DNA of 36,161 nucleotides, taken from Steroidobacteraceae bacterium. GTDB taxonomy: Bacteria; Pseudomonadota; Gammaproteobacteria; Steroidobacterales; Steroidobacteraceae. The notes under the pieces are model-generated. The model ran no database searches, had not been told where the DNA came from, and saw only the letters and a list, made by a program, of their open reading frames with translations. Each line of letters opens with the position of its first letter. Within the stretch, counting starts at the first letter, position 1. The stretch spans positions 1-36,161 of the forward strand of contig DATFUG010000137.1 in NCBI GenBank assembly GCA_035261025.1, written 5' to 3'. Position numbers and translations under genes: made by a program. This document shows, in pieces, positions 24,413-32,580 of this stretch.

Positions 24413-25567
24413 ATGGCTGTGGACCGGGAGATTTCGATGCGCAGACCGACCATCCATTCGTGGTTGCCGCTTTGCGTCGCACTGTGCGCGGCCGTCACCA
24501 GCGCGCCGGCGGTGGCGCAACTGAAAACACGCAATGTGGTGCTGATTGTGTCCGACGGCCTGCGCTGGCAGGAAGTCTTCACGGGCGCGGACCGGAGTCT
24601 GCTCGACGATCCCAAGAGCGGCATGTGGGAGAGCGCAGCCAGTCTCAAGAAACGCTTCTGGGATGATTCTCCGGCCGCGCGCCGCCGGCTGCTCATGCCC
24701 TTCATGTGGGACGTGATCGCGAAGCAGGGTCAGCTGTTCGGCAACCAGGAGGTGGGCAGCATCGCCCGCGTGACCAACGGCGTGGCGTATTCCTATCCCG
24801 GCTACAACGAGATGCTGACCGGGCACCCCGACCCGCGCATCGACCGCACCGACATCGACGGCAACAACTATGGGCCGAACCCGAACGTGACGGTTTTCGA
24901 GTGGCTCAACCAGCAACCGGGCCTTGAGGGCAAGAGCGCCGTGTTCGGAAGCTGGACCTGGTTTACCGACGTCTTCAACGAAGCGCGGAGCCATCTGGAC
25001 ATGCGGGTGGGATCCAGGCTGCCACCCACGCCCAATCCGACGCTGCGCCAGGCGCTCCTTGAACGGCTCTATCGCACAACCACGGCGCAGGAAGAGGGCG
25101 AAGTTCCGGATGCCTTCGTGCAGGCCCGCTTGCTGGATTACCTGGAGACGAACCATCCCCGGGCGCTGTTCGTGGGCTATGGCGAGACCGACGACTGGGG
25201 ACACGCCGGACGGTACGATCTGCTCCTGGAGGCCGTGCACCATCTGGATCTATTTGTGCACGAACTGTGGGATACGATGCAGTCCATGCTTCAATACCGC
25301 GGCCAGACCACCTTCATCATCACGGCCGATCACGGGCGCGGCAGCGGCCTGGTGGACTGGAAAGAGCACGGCGTCGGGCAGAAGGGATCGGAGAATATCT
25401 GGATCGCGACGATCGGCCCGGACACGCCGCCGCTGGGCGAGCGGCACGGCGCGCCGGCCGTCGAGCAGGCGCAGATCGCGGCCACGATCGCGGCCCTGCT
25501 GGGCCAGGACTATCGCGCGGCGGTGCCGCTCGCGGCGCCTCCCCTGCCGGTGTTGCCCGGGAACTGA
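24413..25567 (+). CDS. Alkaline-phosphatase-superfamily metalloenzyme (phosphodiesterase/pyrophosphatase-like), secreted
   Basis: Track ORF of 384 aa, with SD GGGAG 7 nt upstream of the ATG. The signal peptide ends ...TSAPAVAQ. VVLIVSDGLRW, GYGETDDWGHAG and FIITADHGRG fit the metal-ligand pattern of the AP/NPP superfamily. Confidence 0.65.
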   Translation: MAVDREISMRRPTIHSWLPLCVALCAAVTSAPAVAQLKTRNVVLIVSDGLRWQEVFTGADRSLLDDPKSGMWESAASLKKRFWDDSPAARRRLLMPFMWDVIAKQGQLFGNQEVGSIARVTNGVAYSYPGYNEMLTGHPDPRIDRTDIDGNNYGPNPNVTVFEWLNQQPGLEGKSAVFGSWTWFTDVFNEARSHLDMRVGSRLPPTPNPTLRQALLERLYRTTTAQEEGEVPDAFVQARLLDYLETNHPRALFVGYGETDDWGHAGRYDLLLEAVHHLDLFVHELWDTMQSMLQYRGQTTFIITADHGRGSGLVDWKEHGVGQKGSENIWIATIGPDTPPLGERHGAPAVEQAQIAATIAALLGQDYRAAVPLAAPPLPVLPGN

Positions 25568-27043
25568 TTGTCTACATCGGCATCGAGCGTGGCTGCGGAA
25601 ACCGGAATCCTCGCGTACGGTGCCTACGTGCCGCAGCGGCGCCTGCAGCGCGCCGCGATCTGTGCGGCGCACGCCTGGTTTGCACCGGGCCTGAAGGGGC
25701 TGGCACGCGGTGAGCGCGCCGTGGCGGACTGGGACGAAGACAGCATTACGATGGCCGTGGAGGCGGCGCGCGATTGTCTCACCGGCATCGATCGCACCAC
25801 GATCGGCTCGCTCTCCCTCGCCTCCACGACCCTGCCCTTCGCTGACCGCCAGAACGCGGGCATCGTCAAGGAGGCGCTGAACCTTGCCGACGCTGTGAGC
25901 GTGCTCGACGTGACGGGCAGCCAGCGCGCCGCGACCTCCGCGCTGATTCAGGCGCTGCACGCCGCGGCTGGGGCAGGACGGCCGCAGCTGTGCCTGGCCT
26001 CCGACCGGCGCAACGCGCGAGCGGCCTCCGAGGCCGAACTGATCCAGGGCGACGCCGCGGCGGCCGTGCTCGTCGGCGCGGGCGATCCCATCGCGCGCCT
26101 GCTGGGTACGCACAGCGTCAGCATCGATTTCGTCGATCACTTCAGGGCTGCCGGTGAGCCGCTGGACTATGCGTGGGAAAGCCGCTGGATCCGCGACGAG
26201 GGCCATATTGCCCTCGTGGGCCGGACACTCGCCGAGGGCCTGAAGCGCTTCGGCGTCGCGGCGGGCGCAATCGATCGGCTGGTGATTCCACTCCCGAACC
26301 GCGGCGTGGCCGAAACCATTGCCAGGGCCGCGGGGTGCCGTGCGGAATCCGTCGCGGACAACCTGGTCGAGACGGTCGGGGACAGCGGCGTCGCCCACCC
26401 GCTGCTCATGCTGGCGAGCGCACTCGAATCCGCGCGCCCGCATGAGAAGCTGCTCATGATCGGCTTCGGCCAGGGCTGCGATCTGCTGCTTTTTGAAACG
26501 ACCGCGGCGATTGGGCGCGCAGCGCGGCGCGCGCCGGTCGCCGCCTCGCTGGCGCGCCGGCAACCGGACGAGAATTACCTGCGCTTCCTGTTCCATCGCG
26601 GGCTGCTCGAGCTCGAGCGCGGCATGCGCGCGGAAGCGGAGCAGAAACAGCCCGGCACGACGCTGTACCGCAACCGTCGGGCCGTGCTGGGCCTCCTCGG
26701 CAGTCGCGATACGCGCACGGGCGCCGTGCAGTATCCGCCCGCCGAGTTGTCCGTGCATACGGGCGAGCCCACGGCCGGAAGCCATGAGGACTATCCCCTG
26801 GCCGACCGCGCAGGACGCATCGTGAGCTACACGGCGGACCGGCTGGCGTACTCACCCTCGCCACCGCTGTACTACGGGGTGATCGACTTTGAAGGCGGCG
26901 GACGCCTGGTGACTGAATTCACCGACGCCAGCAGCGGATCGATCGCGGTGGGCCGGACGGTGCGGATGATGTTTCGCATCAAGGGGATCGATGAGCTGCG
27001 CCATTTCACCAAGTACTACTGGAAGGCCGCACCGGTCCGGTAG
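25568..27043 (+). CDS. Fusion protein: HMG-CoA synthase/PhlA-like thiolase-fold domain (catalytic residues apparently replaced) plus a C-terminal DUF35-like OB-fold
   Basis: Track ORF of 491 aa with a TTG start directly abutting the upstream TGA; an alternative GTG lies at 25589. GILAYGAYVPQRRL and DWDEDSITMAVEAARDCL are typical of archaeal-type HMGCS-like proteins. The C-terminal about 130 aa (AVQYPPAE...GRIVSYTAD...YYGVIDFEGGGRL...VGRTVRMMF) resembles DUF35. Confidence 0.7.
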   Translation: MSTSASSVAAETGILAYGAYVPQRRLQRAAICAAHAWFAPGLKGLARGERAVADWDEDSITMAVEAARDCLTGIDRTTIGSLSLASTTLPFADRQNAGIVKEALNLADAVSVLDVTGSQRAATSALIQALHAAAGAGRPQLCLASDRRNARAASEAELIQGDAAAAVLVGAGDPIARLLGTHSVSIDFVDHFRAAGEPLDYAWESRWIRDEGHIALVGRTLAEGLKRFGVAAGAIDRLVIPLPNRGVAETIARAAGCRAESVADNLVETVGDSGVAHPLLMLASALESARPHEKLLMIGFGQGCDLLLFETTAAIGRAARRAPVAASLARRQPDENYLRFLFHRGLLELERGMRAEAEQKQPGTTLYRNRRAVLGLLGSRDTRTGAVQYPPAELSVHTGEPTAGSHEDYPLADRAGRIVSYTADRLAYSPSPPLYYGVIDFEGGGRLVTEFTDASSGSIAVGRTVRMMFRIKGIDELRHFTKYYWKAAPVR

Positions 27044-27054
27044 CCGGCGCAACC

Positions 27055-28254
27055 ATGGCAACAGGCATCAAGGACCGGGTCGCAATCCTCGGCATGGGCT
27101 GCGCGCGCTTTGGCGAGCGCTGGGACGCGAGCGCCGAGCAGCTGATGGTGGAGGCCTACACCGAGGCGCTCGCCGATGCCGGAATCGGCACGCCGCAGAT
27201 CGAGGCCGCGTGGCTGAGCGTGGCCTTCGATGCGCTCAATATCGGTCCTTCGGGCATTCCACTCGCCACGGCCCTGCGCCTGAAAGACATCGGAGCGACC
27301 AAGGTCGAGAATTACTGCGCGAGCGGCACCGAGGCCTTTCGCGGCGCGGTGTACGCCGTCGCCGCCGGTGCAGCGGACATCGCGCTGGCGCTCGGCGTGG
27401 AAAAACTGAAGGACACCGGTTACGCGGGTCTCCCGGTCCGCTCGCGCGGGACGACACTCGACATGATCGGCGTGAACGGCTCCGCGCCCGGGAACTTTGC
27501 CCAGCTGGCCGACGCCTACGGCGCGGTGCACGGCGTCAAGCGGACTGACCTGAAGCGCGCGATGGCCCATGTTTCTGTGAAGAGCCACGCCAATGGCGCG
27601 AAGAATCCGAAGGCGCATCTGCGCCGGGAAATCGACCTGGACACGGTCCTCAATGCGCCGATCATCGCCGAGCCGCTGGGACTGTATGACTGCTGTGGCG
27701 TCTCGGACGGCGCGGCCTGCGCGATCGTCACCACACCGGAGATCGCGCGCAGCCTCGGCAAGCGCGAACTGGTGGCGGTCAAGGCCCTGCAGGTCGTCAG
27801 CTCCAACGGCTGGGAAAGCCAGGCATCGGAGTGGAATGGCAGCTACCTGCACACGACACGCGTCGCTGCCAGGCGTGCCTATGCGGAAGCCGGCATCACC
27901 CGTCCGCGCGAGCAGCTCAGCATGCTGGAAGTGCATGACTGCTTCTCGATCACCGAGCTCGTGACGATGGAAGACCTGCACATCAGCGCGGTGGGGCGCG
28001 GCTGGACCGACGTGCTGGACGGCACTTTCGATGCCGACGGGGCGCTGCCCTGCCAGCTCGATGGCGGACTGAAGTGCTTTGGACACCCGATCGGCGCGTC
28101 GGGTCTGCGGATGCTGTATGAAAACTATCTGCAGCTGCTGGGCCGGGCCGGCGCACGCCAGCGCCGGCAGGCGCCCTCACTGGCGCTCAGTCACAACCTC
28201 GGCGGCATGCCGACGCAGAGCGTCAGTGCCGTGGCGATCATCGGCCTTGCTTAG
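27055..28254 (+). CDS. SCP2-type (archaeal/PhlC-like) thiolase
   Basis: Track ORF of 399 aa: MATGIKDRVAILGMGCARFGERW. It has the nucleophile motif ENYCASGTEAF, the HDCF motif (MLEVHDCFSITEL), GGLKCFGHPIGASG and SHNLGG. Confidence 0.85.
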   Translation: MATGIKDRVAILGMGCARFGERWDASAEQLMVEAYTEALADAGIGTPQIEAAWLSVAFDALNIGPSGIPLATALRLKDIGATKVENYCASGTEAFRGAVYAVAAGAADIALALGVEKLKDTGYAGLPVRSRGTTLDMIGVNGSAPGNFAQLADAYGAVHGVKRTDLKRAMAHVSVKSHANGAKNPKAHLRREIDLDTVLNAPIIAEPLGLYDCCGVSDGAACAIVTTPEIARSLGKRELVAVKALQVVSSNGWESQASEWNGSYLHTTRVAARRAYAEAGITRPREQLSMLEVHDCFSITELVTMEDLHISAVGRGWTDVLDGTFDADGALPCQLDGGLKCFGHPIGASGLRMLYENYLQLLGRAGARQRRQAPSLALSHNLGGMPTQSVSAVAIIGLA

Positions 28255-28275
28255 CGCATTCGGCGGCGGAACACT

Positions 28276-29601
28276 TCAACTCTCCGCGAGCGCTTCACGC
28301 AGCGCGGTTTCGATCATCCCCATCGCTTCATCGACGTGCGTCCGCGTCACCATCAGCGGCGGAATGAATCGCACTGTGCTTTGCCCGCAGGACAGCAACA
28401 GCAGTCCGTTGTGATAGGCGCGCGTCAGCACCCGCTGGCACAACTGCTTCGCAGGCTTGCGCTCGCTCCGGTCACTGACCAGCTCCATGCCGATCATGAG
28501 TCCCTTGCCGCGCACGTCGCCGACGCACTCGAAGCGCTGTTGCAGCTGGCGCAGCGCGTGGATGAAGTATTGACCGACGCTGTCGGCGTTGGCGGCGTAC
28601 TCGTGCTCCACCAGGTCGAGGGTAGCCAGGGCCGCCGCACAGCACAGCGGATTGCCGCCAAAAGTATTGCCGTGGGCGCCGCGCTTCCACTTTTCCATAT
28701 GGCGCCGCCGCGCGACCATCAAGCCGATGGGCATGCCCGATCCCAGGCCCTTCGCCAGCGTCATGATGTCGGGCGAGACACCCCAGTGCTGGCTGGCAAA
28801 CATCTTTCCCGTACGCCCGATGCCGGACTGCACCTCATCGAAGATCAGCAGGATTCCGTGGCGGTCACACAGCTCGCGCAGGCCCTGCAGGAACCCGTCG
28901 GGCGGCACCAGATACCCGCCTTCGCCCTGGATCGGCTCGACGAGGATGGCGGCCACGTCGCTGGCGGGCACATTGCACTGGAACAGGACGTTCTCGATGT
29001 AATCGAGCACGGCACGGCCCTGATCGGGCCCGGCGAACAGCGGCCGGTACACGTTGGGATAGGGCACGTGCGTCACGCCGGGCATGGTCGGGAAAAAGCC
29101 GGCCTGCTGGGTGTATTTGCTGGCGGTGAAGGCCAGTGAACCCATCGTGCGCCCGTGGAAGCCGCCCAGGAAGCCGATGAATCTGGGCCGCCCGGTCACG
29201 TAGCGCGCCAGCTTAAGCGCGGCTTCGACCGTTTCTGTGCCGCTCTGGCACGGGAACACCATCACTGGTTCGCGCATGGGATCGAGCGCGTTGATCTTTT
29301 CGGCGAGGCGCGTCAGGCGCTCGTGCCAGTAGTCGCTCGAGATGTGCAGGAACTCATCGGCCGCCTCCTTGATCGCCTGCACGACGGCTGGATGCGCATG
29401 GCCGGTACTGCAGACGGCGATACCGGCAGCGAAGTCAAGGAAGCGGTTGCCGTCGATGTCCCAGACCTCTACGCCACGGCCCTTCGCCATGACGAAGGGA
29501 TAATCGCGCGGCAGCGAGGGCGTAGTAACGGCGAAATCGCGCGCGAGCAGAGCCTGCGCCTTCGGTCCGGGCAGCGCGGTGCGGATGTGCGGTGGACGCA
29601 T
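28276..29601 (-). CDS. Class III PLP-dependent aminotransferase (GABA/ornithine/acetylornithine aminotransferase-like)
   Basis: Track ORF of 441 aa. It has FAAGIAVCSTGHAHP and FDEVQSGIGRTGKMFA, with the PLP-lysine context TLAKGLGSGMPIG. SD GGGAG lies 6 nt upstream. Confidence 0.85.
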   Translation of the reverse strand: MRPPHIRTALPGPKAQALLARDFAVTTPSLPRDYPFVMAKGRGVEVWDIDGNRFLDFAAGIAVCSTGHAHPAVVQAIKEAADEFLHISSDYWHERLTRLAEKINALDPMREPVMVFPCQSGTETVEAALKLARYVTGRPRFIGFLGGFHGRTMGSLAFTASKYTQQAGFFPTMPGVTHVPYPNVYRPLFAGPDQGRAVLDYIENVLFQCNVPASDVAAILVEPIQGEGGYLVPPDGFLQGLRELCDRHGILLIFDEVQSGIGRTGKMFASQHWGVSPDIMTLAKGLGSGMPIGLMVARRRHMEKWKRGAHGNTFGGNPLCCAAALATLDLVEHEYAANADSVGQYFIHALRQLQQRFECVGDVRGKGLMIGMELVSDRSERKPAKQLCQRVLTRAYHNGLLLLSCGQSTVRFIPPLMVTRTHVDEAMGMIETALREALAES

Positions 29602-29610
29602 AGAGACTCC

Positions 29611-31179
29611 CTAGTCGACGACGGTCTGCGATTGCTCACGCAGGTATTGCGGCAGGTAATAAAAGGAACCGATCGCCTTGCCGGTATTGCCCGAGCCCTT
29701 CCAGCCGCCGAAGGCCTGGTAGCCGGGCCACGCGCCGGTGGTCGCGCCCTGCGGCCGGTTGGCGTAGGTCACGCCGGCTTCGATATTTTCCTGGAACCAG
29801 GCGATCTCGCCGCTCCCCCCATAGAATCCGGCCGTCAGGCCCAGCGGCGAGCGGTTGGCGAGCTGCATGGCCTCGTGTATCGAGGCCACGCGATGCGACA
29901 TGAGTATCGGCAGGAACATCTCCACCTGCCAGAGCGGATGTTCGGGCGGCGCCTCGGCCAGCGTCGGGCGCACAAAGAACCCTTGAGCCTGTTCTCCGTC
30001 GCGCAGTTGCTCACCGCCGCACAGCACGCGAGCGCCCGCGGCGCGCAGCTGCGTCACGTAGCGCGCATAGCTATCGTAGCCGTTCTGCGTGGTGACCGGT
30101 CCCAGCCAGTTGTCCTTCAGCGCCGGATCGCCGATGCGAAGCGCCGCGACCCGCTGCACGATTTTTTCATGCAGGGCCTCGGCGACGTCGCGGTGCACGT
30201 AGAGGCGCGAGAGCGCGGAGCATTTCTGGCCGCCCATGCCAAAGGCGGAGCGGACGATACCGGTGGCCGCGCGCTCCAGATCGGCCGCCGCCGTGACGAT
30301 GCAGGCGTTCTTGCCACCCATTTCGGCGATGCAGGGCCGGGGAATCCGTCCCGCCTGGAGTGAGCGCACGATGCCCATGCCCACTTCGTACGAACCGGTG
30401 AAGGTCACGCCGGCCGTCAGCGGATGCTCGATCAGTGCAGCGCCGATCTCATTGCTGGAGCCGCTCAGATAGTTGAACACGCCTGGTGGGAGCCCCGCAT
30501 CCCGGATGCAATCGGCGAGCAGCCGGCCCGCCCAGGGCGTGACGCTCGCCCCTTTCAGGACCACGGTGTTGCCGGTGACCAGCGCCGCGGCGGTGGGGCC
30601 TCCGGCCAGCGCGATGGGGAAATTGAACGGTGCGATGACGACCCAGACGCCGTGGGGTTTCATGACGCTGCGGTTGCGCGAGACCACGCCGCTGATCGGA
30701 TCATCGGCCAGCGCGCGATCGAAGCCGCCGGAACGCTCGAAATCATCGCAATACCCGTGGAAGAAATCGGCCGTCTCCTGCACCTCGCCGAGCGCTTCGA
30801 GGCGATTCTTGCCGGTCTCCAGGGTCAAGGCCGCCGCGATCTCGTAGACGCGCTGCTCGATGAGCTGCCCCACGCGGCGCAGCAGCTGCAGGCGCGTCGG
30901 CACGCTACTCTTGCGCCATCCCATCCAGGCGCGATGCGCTGCCTGCATCGCCGCGTCGGCATCCACGGCGCGGCCCGCGATGAAGCGGCCCAGCACCTGG
31001 CGCTGGTTGGCGGGATTGCGCGTTTCGATCCATCGTTCCAGCTGGCTGTCGCGGCCATCAATATAGAGCGCGTGCCGGGCGCCCAGCCGGGTCAGCGCGC
31101 GCGTCATGGCGGCATCGAAGCCCGTGTGCAGTTCCGGCGGCGGATCAAACATCGTCGAGTACGTCAGCTTGAAGCTCAC
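29611..31179 (-). CDS. Aldehyde dehydrogenase family protein (1-pyrroline-5-carboxylate / glutamate-semialdehyde dehydrogenase-like)
   Basis: Track ORF of 522 aa with a GTG start overlapping the upstream stop (GTGA). The catalytic Glu context is EMGGKNA and the catalytic Cys context is GGQKCSALSRLYV, which I remember as GQKCSA being typical of P5CDH. Confidence 0.8.
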   Translation of the reverse strand: MSFKLTYSTMFDPPPELHTGFDAAMTRALTRLGARHALYIDGRDSQLERWIETRNPANQRQVLGRFIAGRAVDADAAMQAAHRAWMGWRKSSVPTRLQLLRRVGQLIEQRVYEIAAALTLETGKNRLEALGEVQETADFFHGYCDDFERSGGFDRALADDPISGVVSRNRSVMKPHGVWVVIAPFNFPIALAGGPTAAALVTGNTVVLKGASVTPWAGRLLADCIRDAGLPPGVFNYLSGSSNEIGAALIEHPLTAGVTFTGSYEVGMGIVRSLQAGRIPRPCIAEMGGKNACIVTAAADLERAATGIVRSAFGMGGQKCSALSRLYVHRDVAEALHEKIVQRVAALRIGDPALKDNWLGPVTTQNGYDSYARYVTQLRAAGARVLCGGEQLRDGEQAQGFFVRPTLAEAPPEHPLWQVEMFLPILMSHRVASIHEAMQLANRSPLGLTAGFYGGSGEIAWFQENIEAGVTYANRPQGATTGAWPGYQAFGGWKGSGNTGKAIGSFYYLPQYLREQSQTVVD

Positions 31180-32492
31180 GAGGCCACCGTCAGCTCGCCC
31201 AGCAACCGGTCCAGGAGGTCCAGTGCATCCGCCAGGTCCTGCTCTTCAATGACGAGGGGCGGCGCGAGCAGGATGAGGTTGCCGCGCGCGGCGAAGGACA
31301 CACCGGATTGCAGCGCCGCGTGCAGCAGCGCCTTCAGCGCCTGATGCAATTCGGGCCAGGGCGAGAGCGGCGCGCGACTGACGCGATCCCGGACCAGCTC
31401 AATCACCACGAACAGGCCGTGGCCGCCGCGCACGTCGCCCATGACAGCGTGGCGCGATTGCATTTGCCTGACGCGCTCGAACATCGCCGCGCCGAGGCGG
31501 CGTGAGCGCGCGATCAGATTCTCCCTCTGGTAACTCTCGATGGCGGCCACGCCGGCGGCGCAGCAGAGCGGGTGCCCGCAGTAGGTGAGACCGGTGAGCA
31601 GCAGTTGCGGCTCGAGCTGCCGCGCTACCGCACCTGACAGGACCACCGCCCCGAGCGGCAGGTGGGCGCCGGTGAGACCCTTGGCGAGGCTCATCAGATC
31701 CGGCCGTCCCTCCTCCCCGAAACGCTGCCACGCAAACCACTCACCGCACCGTCCAAAGCCGCTCATGATTTCATCGGCGATCAGGTAGACCTCGCGCTCC
31801 TGTGTTTTCCGCCGCAACGCCGGCCAGTAGCTGTCAGGCGCGACGATGCCGTTGGTTCCGGCGTTCGGCTCCATCAACACCGCCGCAACCGAGGCGGCAC
31901 CGTGTTCATCCATGACCTCGGCCACGCGCTCGGCCGCAGCCGCGCCACAGGCGTCGTCCGTGGCGGTGCCGAAGGGACAGCGATAGGCGTACGGCGGCGG
32001 CACGTGTGCCACGCGAAAGGCCGCGGGCTCGACCTGCGCCATCGTGCGCGCATCGCCTGAGAGCGCCATGGTGGCGTAGCTCGCACCGTGGTAGGAACGA
32101 TCGCGCGCGATGATCCAGCCCCGCGCCTTGCCGCTCGCCTGACGCGCGAACTTGACCGCATGCTCGTTCGCATCCGCGCCACCCAGCGTGAAGTACACCC
32201 GCCCGTCCGGAAAGCCGGACTTCTCGAGCAGGAGTTCCGCGAGGCGGGCACGCGGCTCGGCGCCCCAGGCGCTGGTCACGAAGCACAGCTGCTGCGCCTG
32301 CGCCCGGATCGCCTCGACGACGCGCGGATGCTGGTGGCCGAGATTGCTGCACTCGGCCAGGCTGCTCATGTCCAGTATCGTGCGCCCATCGGCGGTGTGC
32401 AGCCGGGCACCTGCGCCGCCGGTGATGGTCGGCGCGTTCCATTCCGTCTGCCTGCACCAGCTGTGCAGGACCGTCTGTGTCTCGGGGCGCAT
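31176..32492 (-). CDS. Class III PLP-dependent aminotransferase (omega-amino acid:pyruvate / taurine-pyruvate aminotransferase-like)
   Basis: Track ORF of 438 aa. It has NLGHQHPRVVEAI, SYHGASYATMALSGD and ADEIMSGFGRCGEWFA, with the PLP-lysine context SLAKGLTGAHLPLG. Confidence 0.8.
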   Translation of the reverse strand: MRPETQTVLHSWCRQTEWNAPTITGGAGARLHTADGRTILDMSSLAECSNLGHQHPRVVEAIRAQAQQLCFVTSAWGAEPRARLAELLLEKSGFPDGRVYFTLGGADANEHAVKFARQASGKARGWIIARDRSYHGASYATMALSGDARTMAQVEPAAFRVAHVPPPYAYRCPFGTATDDACGAAAAERVAEVMDEHGAASVAAVLMEPNAGTNGIVAPDSYWPALRRKTQEREVYLIADEIMSGFGRCGEWFAWQRFGEEGRPDLMSLAKGLTGAHLPLGAVVLSGAVARQLEPQLLLTGLTYCGHPLCCAAGVAAIESYQRENLIARSRRLGAAMFERVRQMQSRHAVMGDVRGGHGLFVVIELVRDRVSRAPLSPWPELHQALKALLHAALQSGVSFAARGNLILLAPPLVIEEQDLADALDLLDRLLGELTVAS

Positions 32493-32580
32493 GGCAGTCG
32501 TTGTAGTAAATGGCGCGCGCCAATCATTGCATACGGGCGCACGTATTGCGAAAGGCCTGGGAAGTCTCTAGGCTCGTTCG

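Noticed and set aside
24371-25243. N-terminal 291 codons of track ORF 22940..25243 (767 aa) read as part of the GH15 protein.
   Set aside because: This extension is antisense to the AP-superfamily gene. A signal peptide and GH15 homology start at the internal ATG 24368-24370.
25568-27043. Calling this ORF a functional HMG-CoA synthase (mevalonate pathway).
   Set aside because: By-eye alignment shows the catalytic Glu, Cys and His replaced by Thr, Gln and Pro. No other mevalonate pathway genes are present in the window.
32511-32531. Sigma54-like promoter (TGGC...TTGCA) in the divergent region between the aminotransferase operon and the M28 gene.
   Set aside because: The GG-to-GC distance is 17 nt, not the 12 nt implied by the TGGCAC-N5-TTGCA consensus. 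The nearby imperfect inverted repeat (ttgcatacg / cgtattgcg) is too degenerate to call.
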